DNA of 64,000 bases from Acidiferrobacteraceae bacterium (GTDB lineage: Bacteria > Pseudomonadota > Gammaproteobacteria > Acidiferrobacterales > SZUA-150), in the NCBI GenBank assembly GCA_003228915.1, contig QIGL01000053.1, positions 291 to 64,290 on the forward strand. Reading direction: 5' to 3'. The notes beneath the pieces are model-generated. The model was not told where the DNA came from. It did not search any database and saw nothing but the letters and a program-made list of their open reading frames with translations. A program made the position numbers and the translations under genes. This document shows positions 8,938 through 19,765 of the stretch, in pieces (the stretch's first letter is position 1; each line of letters opens with the position of its first letter).

Positions 8938-10443
8938 ATGAAAGCCCCCTTATCGATTTGCCAGACCTTGATGATACAGGGCACCACCTCCGATGCCGGA
9001 AAATCCACACTGGTTGCTGGTCTTTGCCGCCTTTATGCTCGTCGTAATAAAAACATCGCGCCATTCAAACCCCAAAATATGGCACTGAATAGTGCGGTTA
9101 CGGAAGATGGCGGCGAAATAGGCCGGGCCCAGGCAGTACAGGCACAGGCCTGCGGCATCACTCCCACCAGCGATATGAACCCGGTATTAATCAAACCCAA
9201 TTCCGATACCGGCGCCCAGGTTATTGTCCAGGGTAAGGCTATTGGCAACATGAATGCGGCCAACTATCACCAGTACAAATCTGTCGTGCTAGACAAGGTG
9301 ATGGAGTCTTATAACAGGCTCGCCAGCGAATATGACGTGATAATGGTTGAAGGTGCCGGGTCACCTGCCGAAATAAATTTACGTGATCGCGACATTGCCA
9401 ATATGGGTTTTGCAGAAAAAGCAGACTGCCCGGTGATTCTTATTGCCGACATTGATCGCGGCGGGGTGTTTGCACATATAGTAGGTACGCTGCAATTGCT
9501 TGCCCAGTCAGAACAAGATCGAGTGATTGGTTTTGTGATTAACAAATTTCGTGGCGATTTCTCCTTACTGGAACCGGGCTTGCAGTGGTTGCAACAAAAA
9601 ACAGGCAAGCCGACACTAGGTGTATTACCGTATCTCCATAACTTGCACATAGAGGCAGAAGATGCCCTGCCCCGGGATAAAAATCAGCACACAGGACACG
9701 GCTTCAAAATTATTGTGCCGGCACTGCCACGCATTAGTAATCACACTGATTTTGATCCGTTACGTTTACACCCTGGTGTCAATTTTCAATTCATCGACCC
9801 CGATGAAGACATCCCCCCTGCCGACCTGATTATTTTACCCGGATCAAAAAGTGTCCGGGACGACCTGAACTGGCTCAAGCGTAAAGGCTGGGACGAAGCC
9901 ATCCAGAGACACCTGCGCTACCAGGGAAAAATACTGGGTATATGTGGTGGTTTTCAAATGCTGGGCCAGGAAATTATTGATAGTGAAGGTATCGAAGGAT
10001 GTACGGGCAACAGTAACGGGCTGGGCCTGTTGGACATGACAACCCGCTTACAAACCCATAAAATTCTCAAAAATGTCAAAGGCCGGTTAACAATCAACAA
10101 CACAAAAGTAACAGGTTATGAAATCCACGCCGGTATTTCCGAAGGCCCCAGCCTGGATCGTCCATTGATCAAGTTTGCAGATCGTAATGATGGTGCTGTC
10201 TCCAGTGACAACCTGGTAGCGGGCACTTATTTACATGGCATTTTTAATAGCAAACCGGCCTGCGACGCCCTGTTGTCCTGGGCCGGACTTAAAAAACAGG
10301 CTGCCATAGATTATGAACAACTGCGGGAAAACCAGCTGGACAGACTTGCCGATGAACTGGAAAAATACCTTGATATTGCATTCATCGATACAGCCCTGAA
10401 CCAGCTATATGATTTACCTAAAAAAGAACCGGCCCATGTTTGA
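8938..10443 (+). CDS. cobQ: Cobyric acid synthase
   Basis: N-terminal [12 protein letters not shown]-loop and a C-terminal glutamine amidotransferase domain ([10 protein letters not shown] ... HGIF). ATG at 8938. Confidence 0.9.
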   Translation: MKAPLSICQTLMIQGTTSDAGKSTLVAGLCRLYARRNKNIAPFKPQNMALNSAVTEDGGEIGRAQAVQAQACGITPTSDMNPVLIKPNSDTGAQVIVQGKAIGNMNAANYHQYKSVVLDKVMESYNRLASEYDVIMVEGAGSPAEINLRDRDIANMGFAEKADCPVILIADIDRGGVFAHIVGTLQLLAQSEQDRVIGFVINKFRGDFSLLEPGLQWLQQKTGKPTLGVLPYLHNLHIEAEDALPRDKNQHTGHGFKIIVPALPRISNHTDFDPLRLHPGVNFQFIDPDEDIPPADLIILPGSKSVRDDLNWLKRKGWDEAIQRHLRYQGKILGICGGFQMLGQEIIDSEGIEGCTGNSNGLGLLDMTTRLQTHKILKNVKGRLTINNTKVTGYEIHAGISEGPSLDRPLIKFADRNDGAVSSDNLVAGTYLHGIFNSKPACDALLSWAGLKKQAAIDYEQLRENQLDRLADELEKYLDIAFIDTALNQLYDLPKKEPAHV

Positions 10444-10972
10444 GCTTATCCTGGGTGGCGTACGTTCTGGAAAAAGCAGGCTGGCCCAGGAACGTGCCAT
10501 GCACCTGGGTGGCACCGTGACCTATCTCGCCACAGCGACCGCCAATGGTGAAGAAAGTGACGAAGAAATGGAAAAAAGAATTCGCCAACACCAGGCCAGT
10601 CGTCCGGCCGAATGGTTACTGGTAGAAGAACCCCTGGCCCTTGCCGACACACTCAAAAACCACTGCCGACCAGGACAGGTTGTGATAGTGGAATGTTTGA
10701 CACTCTGGTTAAGCAATTTATTAATGCAACCGAACCCGGATCTACTGGCAGAACAAGTCCAGGCGCTACTCGATACCCTGGCGGAATTACCGGGACACAT
10801 TATTTTTGTCGGCAATGAAACCGGCAGCGGCATAATTCCTGATAATGCCCTGGCCCGTCGTTATTGCGATGAAGCCGGACAATTACATCAATCACTGGCA
10901 AAGTCTTGTCAACGCGTGACCCTGACAGTAGCGGGCCTGCCCTTAATAATAAAAGAGCATAATGGATCATAA
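10436..10972 (+). CDS. cobU: Adenosylcobinamide kinase / adenosylcobinamide-phosphate guanylyltransferase
   Basis: [20 protein letters not shown]-loop and a ~178-aa length. The start overlaps the cobQ stop (ATGTTTGA). Confidence 0.85.
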   Translation: MFELILGGVRSGKSRLAQERAMHLGGTVTYLATATANGEESDEEMEKRIRQHQASRPAEWLLVEEPLALADTLKNHCRPGQVVIVECLTLWLSNLLMQPNPDLLAEQVQALLDTLAELPGHIIFVGNETGSGIIPDNALARRYCDEAGQLHQSLAKSCQRVTLTVAGLPLIIKEHNGS

Positions 10973-10975
10973 ATC

Positions 10976-12034
10976 ATGAGCCCTGAAGTTAACTGGGTCA
11001 CGGATCCGGTCGCATCTATTGATAGTGCTGCACTAAAATCTGCAACCAACAGGCAAGCTAGCCTGACTAAACCACCGGGTGCCCTCGGTCAACTGGAACA
11101 ACTGGCCATAAAGCTGGCAAGCCTGCAGGCACAAACCTGTCCGACACTGGAACGGGTAAATATTGCTGTGTTTGCCGCTGACCACGGTGTTACCGAAGCG
11201 GGTATTTCTGCCTTTCCTCAATCAGTCACACTGGAAATGGTGAAAAATTTTTCCACGGGTGGTGCTGCTATCAATGTATTGGCGCGATCATTGGGGGCCA
11301 CGCTGGAAGTGATTAACGTAGGCACGGTAACAGATCATGATGACTTGCCCGGGGTTTTTAAATCGAGAGTGGCGGCCGGTACCAATAATTTTCAACACGG
11401 CCCGGCTATGGATGAAAAACAAATAACCGAAGCAATGGGTCTTGGCAGGCAAGCCGTTACACGTGCCGTCGAAAAAGACGCGCAACTTTTTATTGGTGGT
11501 GAAATGGGCATCGGCAATACCACATCTGCATCTGCTGTGGCGTGTGTTTTGCTTAATCTACCAGCAAAAGAAATCGTCGGTCCAGGCACAGGCCTGGATA
11601 ATAATGGTATCTCTCAAAAAATATCACTGGTTGATGCGGCAATAAAGTTACATCGCGACAACATGCAACAACCACTTCATGTGTTACGGCATGTTGGTGG
11701 CCTCGAGATTGCCGCACTGACCGGTACTTATATAAGTAGTGCCCAACACGGACTACCGGTACTGGTCGATGGTTTTATATGTAGTGTTGCGGCATTGTGT
11801 GCAGTACGGTTAAATCCAGATGTTAATCAATGGTTACTTTATTCCCACCAGTCGGCTGAACCCGGCCACCAAAAAATTCTTGCAGCACTGGATGCCGAGC
11901 CGTTACTGAATTTGGGTATGCGCCTGGGTGAAGGTAGTGGCGCTGCCATGGCTGTACCGATTCTACGCATGGCCTGTGAGCTGCATGGTCAAATGGCTAC
12001 CTTTGAGCAGGCCAGTGTCTCGGAAAAAAACTAG
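10976..12034 (+). CDS. cobT: Nicotinate-nucleotide--dimethylbenzimidazole phosphoribosyltransferase
   Basis: LTKPPGALGQLE and GEMGIGNTT motifs, 352 aa. Confidence 0.9.
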   Translation: MSPEVNWVTDPVASIDSAALKSATNRQASLTKPPGALGQLEQLAIKLASLQAQTCPTLERVNIAVFAADHGVTEAGISAFPQSVTLEMVKNFSTGGAAINVLARSLGATLEVINVGTVTDHDDLPGVFKSRVAAGTNNFQHGPAMDEKQITEAMGLGRQAVTRAVEKDAQLFIGGEMGIGNTTSASAVACVLLNLPAKEIVGPGTGLDNNGISQKISLVDAAIKLHRDNMQQPLHVLRHVGGLEIAALTGTYISSAQHGLPVLVDGFICSVAALCAVRLNPDVNQWLLYSHQSAEPGHQKILAALDAEPLLNLGMRLGEGSGAAMAVPILRMACELHGQMATFEQASVSEKN

Positions 12035-12041
12035 CAACCCC

Positions 12042-12659
12042 ATGCACCACATTGCCCTCCTGCGCCATGGTGAGACCACCCTGGGAAATTGTTACCGGGG
12101 CAGCCTGGATGATACCCTGACAAACAAAGGCTGGGCTCAAATGGAAGCATCGTTAGCAAATCCTCAACATAATAAAATCCCATGGCAAATTATTTTCTCC
12201 TCACCCTTGCAACGCAGTTTTGCATTTGCCAGGGATTACGCAAATCGCATGGGTGCAACATTACAAGTAGATGACCGGCTAAAAGAAATACATTTTGGGT
12301 TATGGGAAGGGAAAACAGCAGAGGAAATATTTTCAAAAGATAAAGATTTACTGATAGCCTTTTGGAACGACCCTGAAAAAAATACTCCACCGCAAGGCGA
12401 AACACTGGCCCATTTACGGCAACGAGTCATGTTATGCTGGCAGTCGATATATGATGCCGCACAAAATAATAATGTACTGGTTATTACCCATGGCGGACCC
12501 ATTAGAGTTTTGTTAAGCGAGGCCTTGGCGGAGAATTCAGCGAGCTTCCTGGATGCCCAGGTATCCCATGGTGAACTGGTTCAGCTCCGCACCGGTGACT
12601 GCGCCAGTCTTAACAAAAGTACCGGTAAATTTATTGGCAAAACTGTACCGGCCAGCTAA
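12042..12659 (+). CDS. cobC: Alpha-ribazole phosphatase (histidine phosphatase family)
   Basis: IALLRHGET catalytic RHG motif and a later ITHGGPIR. It lies between cobT and cobS. The ATG at 12042 is preferred over the in-cobT extension. Confidence 0.75.
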   Translation: MHHIALLRHGETTLGNCYRGSLDDTLTNKGWAQMEASLANPQHNKIPWQIIFSSPLQRSFAFARDYANRMGATLQVDDRLKEIHFGLWEGKTAEEIFSKDKDLLIAFWNDPEKNTPPQGETLAHLRQRVMLCWQSIYDAAQNNNVLVITHGGPIRVLLSEALAENSASFLDAQVSHGELVQLRTGDCASLNKSTGKFIGKTVPAS

Positions 12660-13399
12660 TGCGTATTTTAAAAAGTTTTTTATTTGCATTACAATTTTTA
12701 ACCGTATTCCCGGTTCCGGATACATCATACTATGATGAAAATGATTCCCGGTCATCCCTTTACTGGTATCCCTGGATTGGCTTTATTATTGGCGCGACCT
12801 TGCTGATACCGGCAATGTTTGTTGTCGAGATTTCTGTAAATGTTGCAGCGGCATTAACCGTAGTATTTTGGGCAATCGTAACGGGCGCCTTACACCTCGA
12901 TGGCCTGGCAGATTTTGCAGATGGGCTGGTCGGTGGTTTTCGGGACCGGGAAAAAACTCTTGCCATCATGAAAGACCCACGTAGTGGCGTGATGGCAATC
13001 GTTGCGGTCGTATGTGTCTTGTTACTCAAGTGGGCAAGCCTCACCTATATTATCGAACACCAGTTGTGGCTTGCTCTGTTATTTATTCCTGTAATTAGCA
13101 GAACATATGCAGTTATTCTATTGGCAACTACATCTTATGCGCGTGCGGATGGGCTTGGTGCGAACCTGTCTGAGCAAATATCATTTGCTCTCATGGTTAC
13201 GTCCCTGGGAATAATTGTAATTGCAGTTGTGCTCCTGTTGGGCACGCAAGGTCTGGTTATGTTAACTATCGGGGCGGCAGGATTTGTATTGTTCAGGACG
13301 TGGATGAAGAGGATCCTGGGTGGTATTACTGGCGATACCATTGGTGCCCAGATTGAGTTGCTGGAAACTATTTTACTGATTACACTCTTGTGGATTTAA
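12659..13399 (+). CDS. cobS: Adenosylcobinamide-GDP ribazoletransferase (cobalamin 5'-phosphate synthase)
   Basis: ALQFLTVFPV N-terminus, a multi-TM protein. TAATG overlap with cobC. Confidence 0.85.
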   Translation: MRILKSFLFALQFLTVFPVPDTSYYDENDSRSSLYWYPWIGFIIGATLLIPAMFVVEISVNVAAALTVVFWAIVTGALHLDGLADFADGLVGGFRDREKTLAIMKDPRSGVMAIVAVVCVLLLKWASLTYIIEHQLWLALLFIPVISRTYAVILLATTSYARADGLGANLSEQISFALMVTSLGIIVIAVVLLLGTQGLVMLTIGAAGFVLFRTWMKRILGGITGDTIGAQIELLETILLITLLWI

Positions 13400-13528
13400 T
13401 TCATATTTAACCGGGGGAAATTATCAAAGAAAACCTGTTGCCAGGCTAAAATCACTGTCTCATGCTGTCTTTTTCGGATAAATAACAAAAATCATCGCAT
13501 TTCCATATTCAAATGCTACGCTGTAACC

Positions 13529-14275
13529 ATGCCAAAACCGTACCTGATTGCCCATCGTGGCCTGCCAAAAAAGTACCCTGAAAATACCCTGATCGGTTAC
13601 GAAACCGCGATTGCGGCTGGTGCTGAATACCTGGAAACAGATATCCAGCTAACAAGCGATCTAAAACCGGTGTTATTTCACGACCGGGACTTAAAGCGTT
13701 TGTGTAATGCCGAAGGCACGATCCATATGCGGACACTGGCAGAACTCGAGGATGTTCGTGCCATGGATTTTAATCAGTTTGGCTATAAATTTGCCCGAAC
13801 AACAATTCCAACACTGGATGATTTCGTAAAACTTTTAATAAAACACCCTGGCGTTAAGGCATTTATAGAAATTAAAAGAATAAGCATTCATCATTTCGGC
13901 ATAACACCGGTTATTACGGCCATTTTAAGATCACTGCGCCCGGTATCCCGCCAGTGTATTATAATCTCTTATTCTATTCCTGCTTTGCTGGCGGTAAAAA
14001 ATTTTGGCTTCCCTGTCATTGGTGGTGTTACCAATAAATGGAGCGCCAGGAATAATGCCAAAATAGAGGAACTAGATCCGGATTTTCTTTTCTGTGACAT
14101 TAAGAGTTTACCCCGCTGGGGTAAACTGACTTTGCCAGGTAAAAAACTGGTAATTTTTTCAGCTGATGATATGAACACTGCAAATAAATTAATCAAGCGT
14201 GGTGTGAATTTTATTGAAACAAATACCATTGATGATATGCTAACGGAGATGAAACAAACTCCAGGCAGTGTGTGA
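13529..14275 (+). CDS. Glycerophosphodiester phosphodiesterase family protein
   Basis: IAHRGLPKKYPENTL and ETDIQLT motifs of the GDPD fold. Confidence 0.8.
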   Translation: MPKPYLIAHRGLPKKYPENTLIGYETAIAAGAEYLETDIQLTSDLKPVLFHDRDLKRLCNAEGTIHMRTLAELEDVRAMDFNQFGYKFARTTIPTLDDFVKLLIKHPGVKAFIEIKRISIHHFGITPVITAILRSLRPVSRQCIIISYSIPALLAVKNFGFPVIGGVTNKWSARNNAKIEELDPDFLFCDIKSLPRWGKLTLPGKKLVIFSADDMNTANKLIKRGVNFIETNTIDDMLTEMKQTPGSV

Positions 14276-15450
14276 AACAATACGATATCGTCATCATTGG
14301 TGGTGGCATCCATGGCGTCGGTATCGCGCAGGCTGCCGCAGTCAAAGGTTATACCGTCTTGTTACTGGAACAAACTGCACTGGCAGCCGGCACATCCAGT
14401 AAATCCAGTAAACTAATCCATGGTGGTCTGCGTTACCTGGAATCCGGCCAAATAAAACTGGTCAATGAATCATTGCGAGAACGCACGATTTTGTTAAAAA
14501 TTGCGCCCGGCCTGGTCAAACCAACAAAATTTTATTTACCCATATACAAAAAAACATCCCGCCCTGCTTTTTATATCGCAATGGGTCTTGCCTTGTATAC
14601 TTTACTCGGAAAATTCGCGGCATTTACTCGTTTTCATTTTGTCCCTAAAAAAAAATGGTCCTCTCTTAGCGGCCTGGAAACAAAAGGATTGAAACATGTT
14701 TTTCAATACTGGGATGCGCAAACTGATGATAAAAAACTCACTGAGGCCGTCATGAGTTCTGCCACCAATTTTGGTGCCGAGATCGCTTGCCCGGCGAAAT
14801 TTAATAGTGCAGGTAAAACGCCATCGGGTTACGAAATACTCTATTCCAAAGATAACGAGGAAAAATCATGTCATGCCACCATTTTAATTAATGCAGCCGG
14901 GCCCTGGGTTAATATGGTGCTGGATAAAATCAGGCCTGCTACTGTTAAAAGAGACATGGACCTGGTACAGGGTGCCCACGTGGTTATCAAGCAGCCAGCG
15001 CCTGTAGGCGTATTTTATGCGGAAGCGCCTGAAGACAAACGTGCAATATTTATGATGCCATGGTTAGGTCAAACACTGATTGGTACAACAGAATCACTGT
15101 TCACCGGCGATCCTGCTGATGCGCAACCAACCGAAGAAGAAATAGAATATTTACTGCGCGTAACTCGCCATTATTTCCCGAACTGGCAGACAGATGAAGT
15201 AGCACGATTTGCCGGCTTACGAGTTTTGCCGCGCAGCGAATCCAGCGCCTTTAGCAGGCCACGGGAAACTGTATTTCACACGGACATGAACCATCCCAAC
15301 TTATTCAGTATTTATGGTGGAAAATTAACCGGTTATCGTGCAACCGCCGAAAAAATGCTAAAAAGAATAAAACCACGACTACCCATACCAAAAAATAAAC
15401 ACAATAAAAAAACTGATGACTTATTAATCACCCAGGCAACTGGCCAGTAA
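14272..15450 (+). CDS. FAD-dependent glycerol-3-phosphate dehydrogenase-like oxidoreductase (short form)
   Basis: DIVIIGGGIHGVGIAQAAAVKG dinucleotide fold and SSKSSKLIHGGLRYLE. The GTG start overlaps the upstream stop (GTGA). Confidence 0.75.
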   Translation: MKQYDIVIIGGGIHGVGIAQAAAVKGYTVLLLEQTALAAGTSSKSSKLIHGGLRYLESGQIKLVNESLRERTILLKIAPGLVKPTKFYLPIYKKTSRPAFYIAMGLALYTLLGKFAAFTRFHFVPKKKWSSLSGLETKGLKHVFQYWDAQTDDKKLTEAVMSSATNFGAEIACPAKFNSAGKTPSGYEILYSKDNEEKSCHATILINAAGPWVNMVLDKIRPATVKRDMDLVQGAHVVIKQPAPVGVFYAEAPEDKRAIFMMPWLGQTLIGTTESLFTGDPADAQPTEEEIEYLLRVTRHYFPNWQTDEVARFAGLRVLPRSESSAFSRPRETVFHTDMNHPNLFSIYGGKLTGYRATAEKMLKRIKPRLPIPKNKHNKKTDDLLITQATGQ

Positions 15451-15521
15451 GCCTCTGCTTAGTCAATACAAGCCTGAGTTAATATAATGGAATTAATATA
15501 ATTCCCGCCCATGCAACTGAT

Positions 15522-16973
15522 TTACTGTTCTCGAATTGCTGTCAGTAAATACGATTCCCATTTTTCATAACGTTTTTTTATTGCTTCATTTTTTTTGGGT
15601 TTGAACCAAACGCCAATCTCACCCTCTGGCCAATGGTGTTTTGCATTTACTAATAAAAATGCCGTCCCACGAGCTGTGGCTTCTTGTTCAACTGGTCTGT
15701 AAACCGGTAACCCGCTCAAATCCGATAATCGCTGGCAAAGGCCATCAAGTTTCGAAAAACCACCGGAGACCTGAATTTGTAATGGTGGCGAGGCCAGCTT
15801 TAACATCTCCCGCAAGTTCGTCTCGAGCAGGAAAATAATACTTTCAATCACTGCCACCACTTTTTCTTCATCTGTCCCGTCACCGATAAACTGGCTGTCA
15901 AAATCTGAAATCCAGTAAGGTGCACCCAGCCCTGAGACACCGTTCAAAAAAATGGGTGGGTTTTTTGACGCGGCCAGCCAGGCAGGCAGTTTATCCGTAA
16001 ATTTTTCCAGTTTGAGTTCTGATTTAATCCAGTCAAGTGCCGAACCGGCACCATTAACCGTGCCTTCCAGAACATAAGTGCTCTTGTCCTGCTCCTGCAT
16101 TACTATCCCAGCCAGCAACCGGCGTCCATAAAGTGCGTAATATCCTGAACTACGGGATACAAAGGCACCGGTCCCGATAGTTATATAAGCATTATCGGCC
16201 TGCAATGGACCATATGAAAATAGTGCAGCAGACTGGTCACCGTTAACTATCTTCATCGGTATTTTAAAGCTATCAACAGTTAAGGTCCCGAATGCATAAC
16301 GAGTGGACACACAAACTGGCAAACAAGATTTAGGTATCCCGAATATATCCAGTAATTCCGGATCCCAATCTTTATCGACCAGGTTCCAAAGCTGTGTTCG
16401 TGAGGCATTGGCAGGATCGGCCAGTACTGGTTTCTCATCCAGTAAACGAAAAATCAGGAAACTGGCCAGCGGCCCCATGATTAGCTGGCCCTGTTTATGG
16501 GCATCGGCAACTGCCGGCACTTCGTCCAGGCACCAACGCATTTTACTGGCACCAAAATGTGGCGATAAAAACAGGCCGGTTTTTTTGTGTATCATTTCAG
16601 CCTGGTCCTGAAGTTTATCCAGGAACTGAGCGGCCCGCCTGTCCTGCCAGCTAATAACGGGATACAACGCCTGACCTGTTTGTTTATGCCAACATACCAT
16701 GCTTGATCGTTGGGTTGCCAAACCGGCGGCAACGATATGACTGGCACGTTCGCCGAGCTGTTCAATTACTGATTTTACTGAATCTATAATTGAGGTGAGT
16801 AACAATTCTGGATCCTGTTCCACCCGGTCTGGGCCCGTCGTTTTTTCATCAACCAAATGACGGGCAAAGGCAACTTGCTCACCGAATGTATTAAAAACAA
16901 TAGCACGACTTGAGTGACCGCCCTGGTCAATGGTTAGGTAAAGATTATTGGTATTTAACGGTTCATTGCCCAT
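15522..16973 (-). CDS. FGGY-family carbohydrate kinase (glycerol/xylulose kinase-like)
   Basis: LTIDQGGHSSRAIVF N-terminus, GDQSAALF, GTGAF, and C-terminal SGGFSK. Confidence 0.75.
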   Translation of the reverse strand: MGNEPLNTNNLYLTIDQGGHSSRAIVFNTFGEQVAFARHLVDEKTTGPDRVEQDPELLLTSIIDSVKSVIEQLGERASHIVAAGLATQRSSMVCWHKQTGQALYPVISWQDRRAAQFLDKLQDQAEMIHKKTGLFLSPHFGASKMRWCLDEVPAVADAHKQGQLIMGPLASFLIFRLLDEKPVLADPANASRTQLWNLVDKDWDPELLDIFGIPKSCLPVCVSTRYAFGTLTVDSFKIPMKIVNGDQSAALFSYGPLQADNAYITIGTGAFVSRSSGYYALYGRRLLAGIVMQEQDKSTYVLEGTVNGAGSALDWIKSELKLEKFTDKLPAWLAASKNPPIFLNGVSGLGAPYWISDFDSQFIGDGTDEEKVVAVIESIIFLLETNLREMLKLASPPLQIQVSGGFSKLDGLCQRLSDLSGLPVYRPVEQEATARGTAFLLVNAKHHWPEGEIGVWFKPKKNEAIKKRYEKWESYLLTAIREQ

Positions 16974-17775
16974 GAAAATATTTAATCCAGGAATAATTTC
17001 TGTCGCCTTGTACTATAAATTCGGGGTTCAGTAGTGAGGCCTTATTATAAATTAGCTCGTTACCTTGCAGGTCAACAACCTTACCGCCTGCGAAATTAAC
17101 AACTGCATGAGCTGCACCGGTGTCCCACTCATATGTAGGGCCGAGGCGCGGGTAAATATCTGCTTTCCCTTCAGCTACAAGACATAGTTTTAGCGAGCTG
17201 CCCATGTTCTGAATCTTCACTTCTCCTTCTGCTTTTTTAATTCTTTCTATGCTCTGCACCAGGGTATCTCCGCTGTGTGAGCGACTGGCTACAATTGTGG
17301 CATGTTTACCTTTATATTTTATTGTTTCAATTTCAGATACTGAGCCATTAATTTCTTTATATGCACCCGCACCCTTCATGGCCACATACAAAATATCCAG
17401 CACCGGGGCATACACAACACCAAGTACTGGTTTTGAATGGGAAATCAATGCAATATTAACGGTAAACTCGCCATTTCTTTTAACAAATTCTTTTGTGCCG
17501 TCCAGTGGATCAACCAGCCAAAATTCATCCCAATCCTGACGTTGCTCATACTCAACCATATCCGACTCTTCAGATAACACCGGGATGGACGTGGTTAACT
17601 TATGCAGCGAAGAAATGATTATTTCATTGGCTGCCTGATCGGCCAAGGTTAATGGAGAATTATCTGCTTTTTTCTTAACTTTAAAATCCTGCCGATAAAC
17701 ATCAAGTATTGCTTTTCCTGCTGTACGGGCAATCTCTGTTACCTGTTTTAGTAAATTTTGTTCAAGTTTTATCAT
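16963..17775 (-). CDS. cysQ: 3'(2'),5'-bisphosphate nucleotidase
   Basis: Inositol-monophosphatase-fold motifs LSEES, WLVDPLDGTKEF and WDTGAAHAV. 270 aa. Confidence 0.85.
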   Translation of the reverse strand: MIKLEQNLLKQVTEIARTAGKAILDVYRQDFKVKKKADNSPLTLADQAANEIIISSLHKLTTSIPVLSEESDMVEYEQRQDWDEFWLVDPLDGTKEFVKRNGEFTVNIALISHSKPVLGVVYAPVLDILYVAMKGAGAYKEINGSVSEIETIKYKGKHATIVASRSHSGDTLVQSIERIKKAEGEVKIQNMGSSLKLCLVAEGKADIYPRLGPTYEWDTGAAHAVVNFAGGKVVDLQGNELIYNKASLLNPEFIVQGDRNYSWIKYFHGQ

Positions 17776-17944
17776 CTGAAAAACTGGTTCATTATTCTGG
17801 ATACCTGTTATTATACATTTATTAGCGATACTGATTATCTTGTCTATTGGCTAAAACAGGTAAACCGGGATATAAAAACAAATATCATCTAAAATACAAA
17901 TTTAGGGTATAAAAAATTCAGGTATTACGAACAAGGAGACAATT

Positions 17945-18286
17945 ATGCTAACAATATCAACGCAAGACAATGTTTTGGCAGTTGAAATTATGGGCGAACT
18001 CACACTGACAGATTATAATGAATTTGAATCAGCAATCCTTGACGGTATTAAAGAAAACCGCATTAACCTGCTCATAGACCTTACCCAAATGTCTGGCTTT
18101 ACTGTTGACGTAGTCTGGGAAGATATACGTTTTATACGCGGCCATGCCCACGATTTTGCCAGGATTGCTGCCGTGACTACTGACCAGTGGCAGTCATGGC
18201 TTGCCTGGATTAACAGTGCCTTTACCGATGCGGAGGTTGAAATCTTCCACGATAAAACTGCGGCACTGGCCTGGTTGGTTACATAA
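17945..18286 (+). CDS. STAS/SpoIIAA-like small protein
   Basis: 113 aa. The pattern LTDYNEF ... INLLIDLT ... WEDIRF ... DFARIAAVT ... EVEIF resembles the SpoIIAA-like (DUF3478) family as I recall it. Confidence 0.5.
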   Translation: MLTISTQDNVLAVEIMGELTLTDYNEFESAILDGIKENRINLLIDLTQMSGFTVDVVWEDIRFIRGHAHDFARIAAVTTDQWQSWLAWINSAFTDAEVEIFHDKTAALAWLVT

Positions 18287-18288
18287 AA

Positions 18289-18711
18289 TTAATAACCGAA
18301 CTCTCCCAGCCATTGGCCATTTTTATAATCAAGTGACAACCAATTTGGTGTAAAACGTTCCGGTTTTACAATTGGTAAAGGTTCAATATCTGGCTCACCC
18401 GCTACATCACTAACTTGGCAAACTTTAGTCATGACTGGCCTGAAGCTTATGCTTAAATAATTATTAACGGCAGTCTTGAAAATAGCATCAGCTCGTGGCT
18501 GCCGCCTGATATTGACCCGTTTTCGAATCAAACAGCTGAAATATAATTCAAGCTCAACGTCGATATGCCCTTGCTGGTCTTGATCTGCCATGGCCCGGGC
18601 AGCACGTACACTCAATGATAATTGCAGTAATTTCCTGTCAAACTTAATCTTGTACAGACCTGGGCCCGGAAATTGGTTCGTTGAACACTGCCTTTCCAGT
18701 ACGCTAGCCAT
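18289..18711 (-). CDS. Hypothetical protein
   Basis: Intact 140-aa ORF in a tight convergent arrangement. No motif recognised. Confidence 0.4.
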   Translation of the reverse strand: MASVLERQCSTNQFPGPGLYKIKFDRKLLQLSLSVRAARAMADQDQQGHIDVELELYFSCLIRKRVNIRRQPRADAIFKTAVNNYLSISFRPVMTKVCQVSDVAGEPDIEPLPIVKPERFTPNWLSLDYKNGQWLGEFGY

Positions 18712-18720
18712 ATACGACCT

Positions 18721-19620
18721 CTAGGGATTTTTGCCTTGTTTTAATTTTGACCCTGAGCGGCCATATTCGTTCATGGAATTTGCATAAAGTTTTACCTTTT
18801 CATAGCCAAGGCTGCGCAACAGTAGATATGTCTGACTGGCACGGTGGCCCGAGCGACAGTATACAATCACTGGTTTTTGTTTACTGGATACCCCCGCCTG
18901 TTGCAGTAGTTTCTCAATTTTCTTTTTATTTGCCCTGGTAAAACTATTCTCAAAATCTACCCCTTGTTGCCAGGGCCACCACTTGGCACCGGGAACGTGG
19001 CCACCTTTTTTCTTTTTAGTGTCCCCCAGGTACTCGCCATCACTCCTTACATCCAGGATGACTGCTGATGAATCTTTACTGGCAGCCTTGACATCATCAA
19101 GATTGGCATGGTTATCGCGTCTGCCTGCCGTTTCTTTTTCATTCAATAAATGTTTGACAGCTGTCGGTGATGTGATTTTATTCGTGACTTTACGACCGGA
19201 GATAATCCACTTGACCAGGCCGCCGTTTAATACCGACACCTGCTTATGGCCCATTCGCTCCAGCTGCCAAAAGAGACGTCCGGCATTAAGTCCGCCCATA
19301 TCATCGTAGATAACAACTTGTGTATTTTCAGAAATTCCAAAGTGGCCCAGGATCAAGGTCATACGCTGATCGCTCACTGCCTCGGGAAATTTACTTTTTT
19401 TATCCATTTTTATCAGGGCCTGGTAGGGTAAATAATAGGCCCCTGGAATATGGAATCGTTGATACTGGGTATCCTCACTACTCATGTCAATCAGGACAAT
19501 ACCCGGTTTGCCCAAATTTTTATCAAGCCATTCAGGCTCAACTAAAACGGGCGCTGCTAAAACTGGATTAATCACCAGTACGGTTACTAATAACAATAAA
19601 TTTAATATAATTCGATGCAT
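18721..19620 (-). CDS. Periplasmic thiosulfate / 3-mercaptopyruvate sulfurtransferase (tandem rhodanese)
   Basis: Signal peptide, two rhodanese domains, and active-site loop VYCRSGHRAS. Confidence 0.8.
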   Translation of the reverse strand: MHRIILNLLLLVTVLVINPVLAAPVLVEPEWLDKNLGKPGIVLIDMSSEDTQYQRFHIPGAYYLPYQALIKMDKKSKFPEAVSDQRMTLILGHFGISENTQVVIYDDMGGLNAGRLFWQLERMGHKQVSVLNGGLVKWIISGRKVTNKITSPTAVKHLLNEKETAGRRDNHANLDDVKAASKDSSAVILDVRSDGEYLGDTKKKKGGHVPGAKWWPWQQGVDFENSFTRANKKKIEKLLQQAGVSSKQKPVIVYCRSGHRASQTYLLLRSLGYEKVKLYANSMNEYGRSGSKLKQGKNP

Positions 19621-19765
19621 TTTCTTCTCTCAGCGGTCAGGATAAAATTAGCTGCACAGATTCTAGACTTATGGGACACTGAATTAAAGTATTCCTGATG
19701 AATTAATCAGGTTTAATTAATTGGCATTGGAAATATAACTTTATGGATAATCCCGGGTATAAAAA

